Of a DNA stretch of 64,000 nucleotides, positions 45,653 to 58,668 are shown piece after piece. The notes beneath the pieces are model-generated. The model made no database searches and was not told the origin of the DNA. It saw only the letters and a list, made by a program, of their open reading frames with translations. Source of the stretch: Schmidtea polychroa (Eukaryota); the NCBI GenBank assembly GCA_044892525.1, contig CM097885.1, positions 36,892,001 to 36,956,000 of the forward strand, in the 5' to 3' direction. The translations under genes and the position numbers were made by a program. Position 1 is the first letter of the stretch; each line of letters opens with the position of its first letter.

Positions 45653-46559
45653 TGTTGAGGATACCTAAATAACAATTTATAAAGAAATAAATGAAATTAC
45701 CTGGGGGAAGATCGCCATGACAAACGGGACGATCTATTGGAACTCAGAAAAGAAAACAGAAGTGAAAAGAAATTAAAAATGAGAAAGATAAAGGAAATAA
45801 AAGGAATCAAACAGGAAAATGAAAACCAAGGTCAGTACTAATTAATTAGTACAAAAAGGAAAAGGAATTTTGAAATCGGGGAAAAAGGAAAACAACAATA
45901 TCCTTATCTCGACAGCTTGCCAGTGATAATAGAATTGATGGGAGAAGGCGGTCAAACAAAAAAGAGAAAACAACTTGACAGCTGTCAGAGATAAAAATGG
46001 GACAGTCGGGAAAAGCAGAAGGAAAATGGAAAAACACTTGATTATCTGGAGTGCCACAAGAGAAGCGAACTATATAAGGGAAAATGAGAATGAGAACAAA
46101 AGAGAGAAGAAAATTAGAGACAAAGTGACGCGAAATTGAAAACAATTTGGAAGACGATTTGAGAGATAAAATTATTGGAGAAAATTAGACGTTGGACGAA
46201 ACGTTGTTGGACAAACAATTGTCAAAAATAATTGTGGAAAATAATTATTGGAGAAGAGTTGAAGAAAGAATTAGTTGAATAATAAAACGAAAAGAAGTTA
46301 TTGATTATTCGAATAAAGTTGTGAAGAAAGTCAAAGAAAACAACCAGCTCAAAATCCCAGTTGACAAACCAATCAGTAATTTGTGATCCTTAAACCCGGT
46401 GTTATACACAAGTGCTATTCCTCACCGAGTGTTGTAATAAGCATTGTATAGTCACCAAGCAGAGTGTTGAATTTATTGTCAGTGTCAAGTGAAGGTTTAT
46501 TTGGAATTATCAATAAAGATTTCTGTTGTCAAGTGTTATTTGTGAATTATATAAAGACA
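45653..46559 (+). mobile_element. Probable solo LTR
   Basis: TG...CA ends, near-perfect 5-bp TSD ATCTA/ATCTT, AATAAA near the 3' end; the flanks join into one decayed minus-strand frame. Confidence 0.5.
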
Positions 46560-46859
46560 ATCTTTGAGTCAGAATAACATTTAAAATTTATCACCAACTC
46601 AATAACCCAACATCTATCATCGAAGCTAAATACACATTTGATTTGTTTAAAACGCTTGAAACTCACACAAGCCTTGAAAAAAAGGATGTGCATCCTATTC
46701 AGTCTAAAGTTCTTCTGTATGCCTATGTATATATTTTTGGGCACCTGCAAGCAAAAATTTTGTGAAGAAGCTCTTGCAATTGGAAAACAATGGACATGTA
46801 GAAATTCCGCAGCGTGGATTGAATTCATCCTTCCCATTACCAATGAAATACATTCATAG

Positions 46860-47972
46860 GTGTTTATGTTGATCATTTTGAAACAGAAGCAGGAAGCCCT
46901 TATGATAAATTTGTCCTTTCACTTTGAAAGTTGGCATGATTTGAGCTGTGCCAACGGACGTCATTTGGAAGCATGAGTTGTATCTCCTGATGCTGGATTA
47001 GAAATACTTTGATTCGGCAATATATCCGGCCGAATGGAACATGCCAGCTGAAACTACAATCATCAGCTGAGCAGTACTGGAATATAAGGTGATTATAATC
47101 TCATGATTGCTAAGCACAGGGTTACGTTTGACGCTGATCTGATGTTTCTCGTTGACTTTTTCAGCCCTCTCAGTTTGTCGCATTCATTCAGTTGAGAACG
47201 AAACAGATATGAAGTTGCAGAACGCGATCACCGTGCACTCTCAAGTGTGGCAACACGTCATTAACTGCTTCCTTGGCAAGTATGTAAGCCTTTTTCTCTG
47301 TTTTGCTCGTTCGTTGATGCCCGTTTTCCCTCAGTTTGATTTGAATCCTCGAGTACAACAATCTCAGCTTGATCCTCTGAAAGGCACTATTATGATGAAC
47401 TAAAGCAGATCAATTGCGTTGAAAAAGAAGAAAGAAAGTTATAGCAAAAACATATATAAATTGCAAAACATTAAAAAAGGAAAAGCGAGAAATAAAAAAC
47501 AAAAAAAAATACAAACGAAATTTTTCAATTCAAGCTCAAATCAATGGACACAGCCTCCATCATTATTTGCACTGAAAAATAAGAAAATCAGTTAAATAAC
47601 GAGATGGAAAATAATGAAAAAATAAACTATACCCCCGAAATGAACGCTATGTCACAGCTCAATTTCAACACAACGTCACACGAAATAATTAAATCAAAAT
47701 TAAAATAAATCGAAATATATGAAATTTCAATTTAACAATGCAATCGGAAACGTTAAAATAGAATCATAAAATATTTAATATAGCATGTCTTGCTTTTATG
47801 TCCAACAGATGGCCCTGCCACAAGTGGGGCATCTGTATAATAAAAGGTATTTAAAACAACGCGCGTATTCGAATGCAATGTGATGTCGAAATTTCAAAGC
47901 AATCGGTGAAGAACATTCGGAGATTTTAGATTTTGAACAAACGAAAATTTACATTTTTATTTAAATAGAAGA
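46860..47972 (-). mobile_element. Helitron 5' fragment with decayed RepHel N-terminus
   Basis: Minus strand starts A|TCTTCTATTTAAATAAAAATG...TTCACCGATTGCTTTGAAATTT; peptide IRRYNSCFQMTS...MPTFKVKGQIYH is a Helitron RepHel signature. Confidence 0.8.
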
Positions 47973-48290
47973 TTTTTGCAAATAAGCCTTCATAACTGAA
48001 TGGAGTGCGTAATGCACCCCAAAGAGCTTTAACTACTGTAAAATGTGAACACCAACGAACCGTTAATAACAATGGTATTGCTAAATGAAATAATTAGGGA
48101 ATCCAATACCGGAGGAAAAACAAATACCAGTATTTCGGTATTAGAAAATAACAATACTGGGATACTGGCATTGAAACCGATATTCAGAGAAATTATTTTG
48201 GTTCACACATTATTGAAGAATTATTAATTTTAAACATTATTATTTAAAATTTGATATTTATTTCAAATGCAATATAAAAACATACGTAAA

Positions 48291-48864
48291 CAGCGCCGTG
48301 CTGTAACTTTTGGGGGCCCTGTGCAGAAACTAAAAACATTTTTTTTTTAAATTTGAATTAATTTTTTATTGATTGTATTTAAAAAAATAATAGCAATTAT
48401 AAAGTAATTTTTCTAGCTCTTTTGCTGGCAAATTCATCAATTATGTCATTGTAATCAATTGTTCTGGCTGTAGCATTTTCAATTGACAGTATTGCTAATC
48501 CAGAAAGTCTTTCCTGCGACATAGTAGACCGTAGATAATTTTCAATTAATTTTAATTTTGAAAACGATCGTTCACAATGAGCAACTGTAATGGGTATTGT
48601 TAAAATTATTCGATATACGAAGATAACAATTTGAAGCAAAAAACAACTGAATTATTAGGTATATTTGTTTCAAATTAAATCGTTGCCAACTAGATTTTTT
48701 TGAAAGTTAAACGAATTTTGAATTTTCAAATTTTTTTTTTCTTTCAATTCGTAGTAATTTATGGTATTGGAGAAGTTTTTCTAATGTATTTAATATTTGG
48801 GGCCCCTCAAAAATAGGGGGCCCAGTGCGATTGCACTTGTTGCACTTGCGATAGTACGGCGCTG
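48291..48864 (-). mobile_element. hAT deletion derivative carrying a dimerisation-domain fragment (48397-48639)
   Basis: TIRs CAGCGCCGT / ACGGCGCTG; 8-bp [43 protein letters not shown]. Confidence 0.9.
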
Positions 48865-48939
48865 TACGTAAATTCAATAAGTTAAATAAAAATAACGTAA
48901 AGAAACAAAAATCGCAATTCATTCAAACAATATTATATT

Positions 48940-49130
48940 TTAAATTTGTTTGTTTTTTCCAGACTCAACCCTTTCAGACTCAACGTTGGTTGGGCGAATA
49001 GTTAGTAGTAAATCATATATTTGTTGACGATTGTTTCCCCACGCATATTCTTGTTCAATTAGACTCATTTCTTTTTTTAAACACTTCGTTAGATCCCCTT
49101 TGCGTTCTGAGTATTTCCCGAAAACTTTAT
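48940..49130 (-). pseudogene. Second hAT transposase C-terminal fragment
   Basis: IYDLLLTIRPTNVESERV motif. Confidence 0.6.
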
Positions 49131-50340
49131 AATTGTTTTGTTTGAAATTTTCAATAATAAACTCAAAACGCACTACTAAAACAAATGCCCGATCGTAACA
49201 ACATCCATTGTGATTATTTATCACTTTACTTCGTCTTTCTTTTATCTTTTGTCACTTCTTATTTGTTCTACGACCTGATATTTAAATTATTCACATCTGA
49301 TATTTAAATTTAAAAAATGATCGCAAATTTAATTACCAATTTTGTAAATATTACTAAAATATTTAACTGAACTATGATATGGAATATTTGACAGTGAAAA
49401 TGCGATAAATCAGGCGTTATTTTTTAAAATCAGAGTGCAAAGATTAGTATTGTTCAATGTGCAAATATGTGTGCAAGATAATATTATGCACAATTTGGCG
49501 CTTGTAAAAATGTATAACTATCTCTATAATTAATATTCGAATTGGTCATTTTAACCATAGAATGTCACGGTGGGGTCTAAGATACCCAAGCTATTATCTG
49601 ACTCTGCATAGACATGGAAAGTATTTAAGAACTGGTCATTTTTATATTTTATGAAAGTAATAGAATTTCGATAAGATCTTATTTATTTTATTCCCTTAAT
49701 ATATCCTCCGTAATACCCAAAAAATAAAAATGACATAATATATTAAATTTTTGGGTAACTAAATTCGGTCAAAGGTTTAGAGACTACCACTAAAAGTAAA
49801 TCGTAATCTTAATTTATAAGCTTCTTTCATTTGAGATTATGTATTATATGAAATTATTTCAAACCTTCATAACAGTACATCTTTCACATATGAAATGCAA
49901 AAATATGTTGTGAAAAGTCAAACTATAGTTTTATAAATATGTTCATTTGCACAATTGATTATCAATTTAAAACGACACAAAATGAATCGATATTACAACA
50001 GTGACTTTGAGTGCTTACTGCAACACTTCGGGAGAAATTGCATATCTGTAATACAACTTGGAATTTACAACCACTTAACTACTGTTTCTATTTTCGACAA
50101 TCGGTAGAATCAATCTACTTGCTTTATCTGGCTTTAATTGATGATGATTAATTGAAATTACTCGATATTCGCGATTAATAACTTAAAAATTTTTCTTTAA
50201 TTTTTCTTTTGATCTAACAATATTTTTTACAATAATTACGTAATTCGTTTTGTCTCCGACTTTGTTTTCACATTTTTGCCTTTTTAAAAGTGTGTCTCTT
50301 ATTCCAATTTCTGTTTCGCTTTATAATCTACAGTCTAATG

Positions 50341-50511
50341 CAGGGGTTTCAAACTCAAACTGGCCTGCGGGCCGCATTGGACTAGTATTATGAGCCGGCG
50401 GGCCGCAACATAAATAATTGTTTTTCAGAACATGTGGAGTCTGAAACTCCGACGTTAATATTTATTTAATTAAAAACTCAACAAAACTAAAAAACATTTT
50501 TTTATTATTAA

Positions 50512-50573
<62 letters not shown>

Positions 50574-50718
50574 TGTATAACGTCATATGTATAAATAAAA
50601 ATAATTTAAAAGATAAGTTTTAATTTATACAGCCAATTATGATTTTAATTGTTAAATAAGTTTGGTTAAATTACAAATCTATGTTGTTTCGTTGCGGGCC
50701 GCGTGTTTGAGACCCCTG
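50341..50718. mobile_element. hAT (Charlie-like) MITE
   Basis: TIRs CAGGGGTTTCAAAC / GTTTGAGACCCCTG, subterminal GCGGGCCGC, 8-bp TSD GTCTAATG. Confidence 0.92.
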
Positions 50719-50839
50719 GTCTAATGGGACTTTGAGATAATTATTTAATTTTTGATTTCTTCCTCTAGTGCATTTTCTTAGATTAGCTAAAGCTCTCCTA
50801 TTGTCGCTGACAGCTATTCAGATAACGGCCTAGATACGT

Positions 50840-51048
50840 TCCAGGAAAGTTGGCCGCAAAGCGAAACGCCGCAAAACGAATCAAATATTTTGATACAATT
50901 CCATACACTTTCACATACACAATTCACACTTTTTTTGGCCGTATAACGAAACATTTTAGGCCGTAAATCGAAAAAGTGCCGTAATTAAAGTAGGCCGTTA
51001 TAGCGAAAAGCCGTATAAAGAGCAGCCGTATAGCGAGGTATGAGTGTA
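50840..51048. mobile_element. One end of a pogo/Tigger-like element
   Basis: Repeated GCCGTA(T)A motifs ending GCCGTATAGCGAGGTATGAGTG-TA; partner end not found. Confidence 0.4.
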
Positions 51049-52750
51049 CCATAAATCAATGTGTTGATAATCATCATTATATAATCTTTCATTTTAAAAA
51101 TGAAAGTTTATCTAATATGAATCAAACATAGGATTAGATTATACATGTGTGTGTATAATTAATTACAATTAACAAAAAATAAATATTCTGGTTAATGAAT
51201 TGTATAAATATCAAGAAGATTTACATTACAATTATTTTGGTTTTTAATAAATGTTTCATTATTACTAACTTGTGTTGAAATAAAAATAATTTGAAAATAA
51301 TTCATAATATTTTATTTTTAAACAAAGATTTGAGATGTCTGTTATGATTACATCTAAAATAAAAACATTTCAAGTGAGTTCTAGATATTAATAAAATGAG
51401 TTTATTAAGAGAAAAATTCATATTTCATGCAATAATATTAAAAATTTAAACAAAGATTCGAGATTTCTATTCGAACCTACTAAGGAAGTTTAAAGTAACG
51501 TCAAAATATCTCAATTTTTCGATGAACTGTTATAAATAAATACGAAGAGAATATTTCTGGGTCCATTCGGATCGATTTTACATTACATTTATTCCTTGAA
51601 GAACTAAGAAACTTTTATAGGATTTTATTTCAGAATTTTCTTAGCTGAATCAAGACGTAACTTTTCTATGAAAGTTGTCTTGACTAATTATATCGAGTTC
51701 CCATAGTTCTCAAAAAGATTCATTAAAAAATGCAAAAGGTCTATCGAAAAGAATTCTTTTCCTTAATTTTTGTATATAATCTTGTTTGTCGTCAAAGAAC
51801 ACATCTTTTTCGCATAAAATCTCTGTACAAAATGTGGTTTTTATATTAAGAATAACCAAAAATACCTCTGACTATAGACAAAATTGCACTTAAAAAATCA
51901 ATAATAAGTTTAAAATAAAATCTTTATTTCTTGAATCAAACAAACTTCTGATAAAGATACAAAAATTCCGTGTTCAACAAAATCAGGAATTATTTATTAG
52001 GAATATTTTTACAAAAAGAGATTTTCAAATACCTCAAAAAGGAAAGTAATTGCTCATATATATTTTTTCAAAATTCAGAAATGCTGCAAAAACTTCGATT
52101 TTGAAGAGGAAGGGGAGCTCGATACAGGAACTTAATCCCTAATTTGATAATATAAAGTTTTTTATTGACAATATAATTATTTTAATTGACAATATAAACT
52201 TAAAATTTAACACTTAAAAATAAAATTTTGAACAAGTCGTGATCAATAAAGTTGTATGACTTGCAACTTTTCATATTTTGGAAAAAAAAATCTACAAGAA
52301 TCTCAAAGATTCTTTTCTTAGTCAAGTTTTTCTCTTTGAAAAATTTTAATTTTTCGCCAGAAAAATCTTGAAGAGATACGGAAAGGTTGAAGTCCGTAAA
52401 AAATATTGGTGACGTCATTTTCTATATTTTTGCGGAAATAATATTTTGAAAATCTCAAACTCCCACGCTATAGCGAGATAAAATAAAAAAGTAAAATTTC
52501 ACTTGAAAATCAATAAAATTTTAATAATCAATAATCATGACTTGACATTGAATATCGAAAGGGAAGGGATCCTCTGTTGCTAACCAGTGCGCAGTAATTA
52601 ATGGTGGCGCTGGTGACTCACATCTGCCTACTCTTATATAATAATAATACTCCTAAAAGTAAATTAATATAAAAATGTTTCCGCAATAAATTACACAGCA
52701 TTGTAATTTTGTTGAAATATTCTATTCATAGTTGTAAATATTTGCAATTT

Positions 52751-54319
52751 ATGAAAAACCAATCTACAATTTGTTCTATTTGTTTTACTAAATCATCAAG
52801 TGAAGATTTCGTGCAATTCATGGAATGTTATCATTATTATTGTATGAATTGTTCAAATCAGATTCTCTTTGATTTATTTTGTATTTGTCCAATAGACGGA
52901 ATGATTATCAAGTCCGTTAGAACGATTCAGTCATCCGATCTAAATAATGATAATATATTATTAATGAAAAATTTCGAATACCATAAATACGCAATAATCC
53001 GGAACCCAGAAATATTCCAGGTTGGCACAGAGGAAATTTGGTCTAAATCAATAATCGAATTTCACAATGAGATCAATCAGAACATAGGATTATGGAAAGA
53101 GATTAAAATGATCTTCGTTTCATCTTTTAATAAGAATGATTTAATCGGCCATGAAGAGATGAAATGTTTATCTGAATTATATCACCAATTCAATTTATTC
53201 TATTCTCAATCAACTCATGGCAAATCGAAATTGGAAACACGATCAAATTTGTTCCTGTCAATTATTGAAAGCCTACCAAGCGAGAGCCTCAATCTTTTCC
53301 AAAAAAATATTTTAAGTTCGGATATTTTGAATAATCATTTTTTCATTCCTGTAAATAATTATCAGATTCTCAATTCGATCAAAACCGATCAAAAATCAAT
53401 AATCAATAAAAATATCAAAGTGATCAATAATATTATCGATGAATTTCAGGAATTGTTTAAATATCAGCGATTTGTCATTATTAGATTTTTGACAAACAAT
53501 CGGAAAATTTATCAACAAACTATCCAATCAGAATTTTTCGAAATTAGCACAAATAAATGCTTGATTTGCATTAAGGAAATCGATGAAGATATTTATTTCA
53601 AATTTTCTTGTTGCTATCATAAAATATGTTTGTTGTGTACACGTAAATTTATGATTACTCATGGTAGTTGTCCATTTGATGAGAACGAACTTTGCTATCT
53701 CAATTTGTGCGTCAACCGGGAATCGAGGCAAACTGCAGTTGAATATCTAAAACAGAATTACCAAGAAATATTTTTGGATCTATTTCGTGATATGTTGGAA
53801 TCTGCGAAAAGAATTTTTTCTGAACTTCGCAGTGAGAAATCTCATTTGGAAATTTTGATGAACTCACTTTTGAATTTTTACAATGAATTTATCATCAAGC
53901 ACCAGTCCAATGAATCAGCATCAATATTTATTGAGGATATCAAAAATAGTTACAGAGATTATTTAACAAATAATCAGGAAATGGTTTTCACAGAAACATA
54001 TTTGAAATTTCATAATTTTATTGACTGCCACAGATTATTTACTCGCAATTTTGAGTCCAAATATGAAGAAAAGAAAAATATATTATTTAACTTAATGCGC
54101 TTTAATAATGATTATAAAGGATTTATTGTGGAGCTTGATAATATCATTAATCAAGTATTTGACGTGACCAACATTGGTAATTTTAACCGATTTTCTTACA
54201 GATTTCAACAACTCTTTAAGTTTTTTTTGACATTAAGAGAAGAAGCATGGAAAAATCAATTAAAAAAAGAACTATTTGCTCATAATAACGTTGAGGGTTT
54301 ACTAAACCTTCTTGATTAA
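52751..54319 (+). CDS. Double C3HC4 RING-finger protein, putative E3 ubiquitin ligase
   Basis: CSIC...CYHYYCMNC...CPID and CLIC...CYHKICLLC...CPFD, each followed by a long helical region; first ATG at 52751; AATAAA downstream. Confidence 0.8.
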   Translation: MKNQSTICSICFTKSSSEDFVQFMECYHYYCMNCSNQILFDLFCICPIDGMIIKSVRTIQSSDLNNDNILLMKNFEYHKYAIIRNPEIFQVGTEEIWSKSIIEFHNEINQNIGLWKEIKMIFVSSFNKNDLIGHEEMKCLSELYHQFNLFYSQSTHGKSKLETRSNLFLSIIESLPSESLNLFQKNILSSDILNNHFFIPVNNYQILNSIKTDQKSIINKNIKVINNIIDEFQELFKYQRFVIIRFLTNNRKIYQQTIQSEFFEISTNKCLICIKEIDEDIYFKFSCCYHKICLLCTRKFMITHGSCPFDENELCYLNLCVNRESRQTAVEYLKQNYQEIFLDLFRDMLESAKRIFSELRSEKSHLEILMNSLLNFYNEFIIKHQSNESASIFIEDIKNSYRDYLTNNQEMVFTETYLKFHNFIDCHRLFTRNFESKYEEKKNILFNLMRFNNDYKGFIVELDNIINQVFDVTNIGNFNRFSYRFQQLFKFFLTLREEAWKNQLKKELFAHNNVEGLLNLLD

Positions 54320-55380
54320 AATATTAAGGCAATAGTTCTGAAATTGATCTATGAATTACGTTAAAGACGCAATAAACAAGATCGTTTAACTTGTGAATGC
54401 ATACACTTTTATTATAAATGAAATAAAAACTTTGAAGAAAAAATATTGTTTTAAACGACTAGTTATTTTAAACGATTCATATTTCACATTTTAATAATTT
54501 AGAAATAAAGGTTTTTGTGAATCTTTGGCAAAGTGGATATCATGATATAACGAATAAGATTTTGGCTCCGAAAATTTTCAGTGTAATTGGAATTTCGTCA
54601 TATGTCATATTAGACGCAATTAAATTCACATCTTCTTCAAACACTTATTAATTAATTACAATTTTAAATTCCTTCATATTTACTGAAAATTTAAACAACT
54701 GAGGCGTGGGAATTATTAATATTGATGTAAACTATTTGGTCATAAATAAAATTAGTTATTTTTAAATAATTTAATATTATTTAATACAATATGATATAAT
54801 AAAATTTAATATCGAATTTAAAATACAAATTAAACACAAGTAGTTATTTCAACTAGCTGATCACATTTATATTATTTAAACTACATTATTTTAGAGTTTA
54901 GTAGATTATAGCGAGGACTCCAACCCACTTTCAAGTATATAGTGAGGACTCCAACCCACTTTCAATGTCATGAAATTTCAAGATCAAATATATGTCAATT
55001 GAGTCATTTTAATTTAATTTTTATTTATTTATTTATTTTTCTTTAATTTAAATTATATTTAATTACTCTTATTTAATTTATTACATTTTATTAATTAATT
55101 AATTATTTTATTATATGTTTATTATTATTTTATTTTATTATAATTTTATTAATTACTTATGTTATTTAATTATTTATTTATTTTTTGTTCTTCGATGTAA
55201 ATCTTAATAAATTATTATTATAAATAATATTATTAATTATAGATGGCAATAATTTAATTATAAGATAACGCCAATCAAACATATTTTTCACGATATATTT
55301 CGACAGTTTTTATAAAATAAAAATTTTTTTTATATATAATTAATAAATTTGTTTAAAATCCTTAATTTAATTAGTTATTA

Positions 55381-55425
55381 TCCCACCTGATGATGACAGA
55401 AAAACTGTCGAAATATATCGCGAAA
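55381..55425 (+). ncRNA. Minimal hammerhead-ribozyme-like motif of the Penelope pLTR type
   Basis: CTGATGA-T-GACAG-AAAAA-CTGTC-GAAA-TATATC; partial inverted copy at ~55266-55310. Confidence 0.5.
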
Positions 55426-55595
55426 AGAATGTTTGATTGGTGTTACCTTATATTTTATTATATGTTTATTTTTTTTTCTTCGGTGTAAATCTTAATAAAT
55501 TTTAATTATAATTAATATTATTATATTTATTTATTAATATTTTATTATTATTGCGTTACTTTTTTTCTTACTTTTTAATTAATTTTTATTTAATG

Positions 55596-55634
<39 letters not shown>

Positions 55635-55989
55635 TTTTTTTTACATTTACATATAATAAATTCTACCTAGAACATAAATTATAACAAGAATATTTCAATT
55701 TGAAAAAAAAATTTTAATAGTAATTATTCGATTTATTATAAAATAAAACGCCGAGTTAATTTTAAATAAATTGGGTATTTGTTTTTAGAAAAGACAAAAT
55801 AAACACGAAAATAATAATACTTGAAACTAATTATCTAAACTAATCAGACAAATGAATTATTAAAAGATAAAACACATTTTAATTAATCAAGTGAAATAAT
55901 TCACAATATATATTTTATTAATCACATAAATTTAATGGTTAAAGTGCTTGTTTCAATTTACATTCATTTCTAGACATAGCAGTTGCAAT

Positions 55990-56850
55990 ATGTATTTGAC
56001 GAATCTTATAGTGACTGTAGGCATAGCTTATATTAGAATTGAACCAATACCTTTTATCGCCCAAACATTGGAGAGCTCGTTTTTTTGTCATGAAAGTATA
56101 CAACTGATGATTGACACTTCCTATTCATCTTTGTGGTATGCTCACTTTTCCACCATTAGTATACACTTTTTATGGGCTTCATGTGTAAGATTAGAATTTG
56201 TAAGTCTTATTCCTTTAGCTCTTAGAGTGTTTTTATCGCCTTGAAGTGAGTAGCACTTGGGTTGAAGAAACACCCATTCTTTATATTGATTTCTTTTATT
56301 CTCATCCTTGACTTTCACAATTACCGAACAAATTTTGCCTGAGAGCAATGGATTGGTCACTGGATAATTTTAAGTATCTATGAGCTCATCGGCAATCATT
56401 TTTGGATACAGTTGTTAGCGTAAATCAACATTTTTACACTCTAAAAAGAATGAATCTGTGTCACCGGCTACGATATTAATTTGACAATTTAACTCTTCTC
56501 TATAAATCTGTAGTTCTTTATATTGAAACTAGTACATGTGAAATTTAGATAAATCAAGTACCGTTTGTCCAATATGCATTGGTCTATCTAAACACACCAT
56601 TTCCTTATCAAGTACAACAGCTATGAGATCATTCGCAATCTTGATGCTACGACAAAACATAGGATGACTACAAAAAGTTACCATTCTATTGCTTTTGCTG
56701 GAGTTATTTACCAATTATTAGATGCGAATTGAAAATCTTTGAAGTAAATGGAAGACTTGACAATTTTTCTGATAAATTTGCCAAACTGCTATTTAAAATT
56801 TGCAATGAATCAATGAATCTAATTCTTCTTCTTTTTGATGTTGCTGTAAG
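55990..56850 (-). pseudogene. Polinton/Maverick-type protein-primed DNA polymerase B, C-terminal fragment
   Basis: LDRPMHIGQTVLDLSKFHMY, AGDTDSFF, VKDE...EWVFLQPKCYS...LRAKGI; contains stops and frameshifts. Confidence 0.85.
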
Positions 56851-56997
56851 CGTAAGTGCTTTCATGTTATTTAATTATTTTTTTTCTTCGGTGTAAATCT
56901 TAATAAATCTTAATTATAATTTATATATTATATTATTATATTTATTTATTTATATTTTATTATTATTACGTTTTTTTAATTAATTTTTATTTAATTT

Positions 56998-57054
<57 letters not shown>

Positions 57055-57469
57055 TTTACATTTACATTTATTATATTCTACCAAGAACATAAATTATAAC
57101 AAGAATATTTCAATTTGAAAAAGAAATTTATATAGTAATTATTCGATTTATTATAAAATAAAACGCCGAGTTAATTTTAGATAATTTTAGATTTTGAAGA
57201 AAATATTGAAAATCATGAAAATATTGAAAGTTATGAATATGTTGAAAATTATGAAAATTTTGAAAATAATCATGAAATGGATGCAAAAAATTATGAAAAT
57301 TTGAATAAATCAACTTTAGCGTCAAAATGTGTTTTTAAAATACCGCAACGTAATGTATTTATTTTTTTCCTACCCATTCCTTGATTTTAATTGGTCAGAA
57401 TTTATTTATGTGTAATATATAAACAGTAACTTTTCAGTTGTTTGTAATTTAAACTTTTAATTTAACTTA

Positions 57470-58535
57470 TATAAGTGAATAACTTGTTCTCTATCTATTA
57501 TTCATTATTACTTTCTTTAAGTGAACGGATGCAGTTTATATAAATTTTGTATTGCCGAAAGTCATGAAGATGTTGAGAACTGTAAATCAGTTACATCATC
57601 ACAATTCAAGATAAATGACTCTACCTTATCGGGTTTCATATGTCCGGAATGTCTCATTATAACACCAGGTAGGTGGTTAATGTTTGTACGACAACACGGA
57701 CACCATCTTAGAAGATTCGAAGAAACGAAGAGCAGTATGATCATTAGAAGTAATTTTCTTTCTACTATTAACAATTATTAATTTGTATAGTACAATCGAA
57801 AATGAATACATCATATGATTCTAAGCAGATTAAAGAATATGTTACAAATTATGTTATTTAAGTTGTTTATTATTGATTATAAATATAGTTAGACAAAACT
57901 CTGGCACTACAAAACGAAAGTCAATATTTTATGGAAATGGATACTCTAACATTCAATTGTGTCCACGTCGGGAGTCTGACCTAAATGGTTCTCGTGTTGA
58001 ATTGACAAGCGATGTATCTGCAATAAATTCTCCTGACATTGTTGTTCCAGATTGTCTCATCAAAGAAATAGAAGATCATATTCAACGAATGGGGACAGTA
58101 AAAATATAATTTGGACTTTGTGCAGAGTTTATCAAAGAGGATGGTGAAATTAAAAAATGGTGTTTGTCGAATAAAGCAATTACAATGTCATCTTCATTTA
58201 TTAATGATGGAATTGAAAAATTTAAAGAAAAGTTGGAGAAATACACTCAACAAAGTAGTGGGTGGAGAATTCATAAAATATTAGAAGTTACTATGATTTT
58301 AACTAAATTATCAGACATAATAATTGTATCTGGTAAGTTTTAAACATTATTATATATAAATCAAGTTATTTACTTAGGTTCAAGTTACATTAAAACGCCA
58401 AATTACCTGAAAAACTGTCATGCTTTAGTGAATGTACACAATATAGATCAATTTTGCTTTTTATATAGCATACTGGCTGTATTACATTATGATGACATAA
58501 AACATTACTGCGAAAGAGTATTGAAATATAATTTA
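57470..58535 (+). pseudogene. Polinton-type pPolB N-terminal region with micro-introns
   Basis: TQQSSGWRIHKI...SG^SSYIKTPNYLKNCHALVNVHNIDQFCFLYSILAVLH...ERVLKY; GT-AG intron at 58333-58377. Confidence 0.7.
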
Positions 58536-58561
58536 AGTGGCAATATATATTTATATCAATC

Positions 58562-58658
<97 letters not shown>

Positions 58659-58668
58659 TTGAGTTAAA

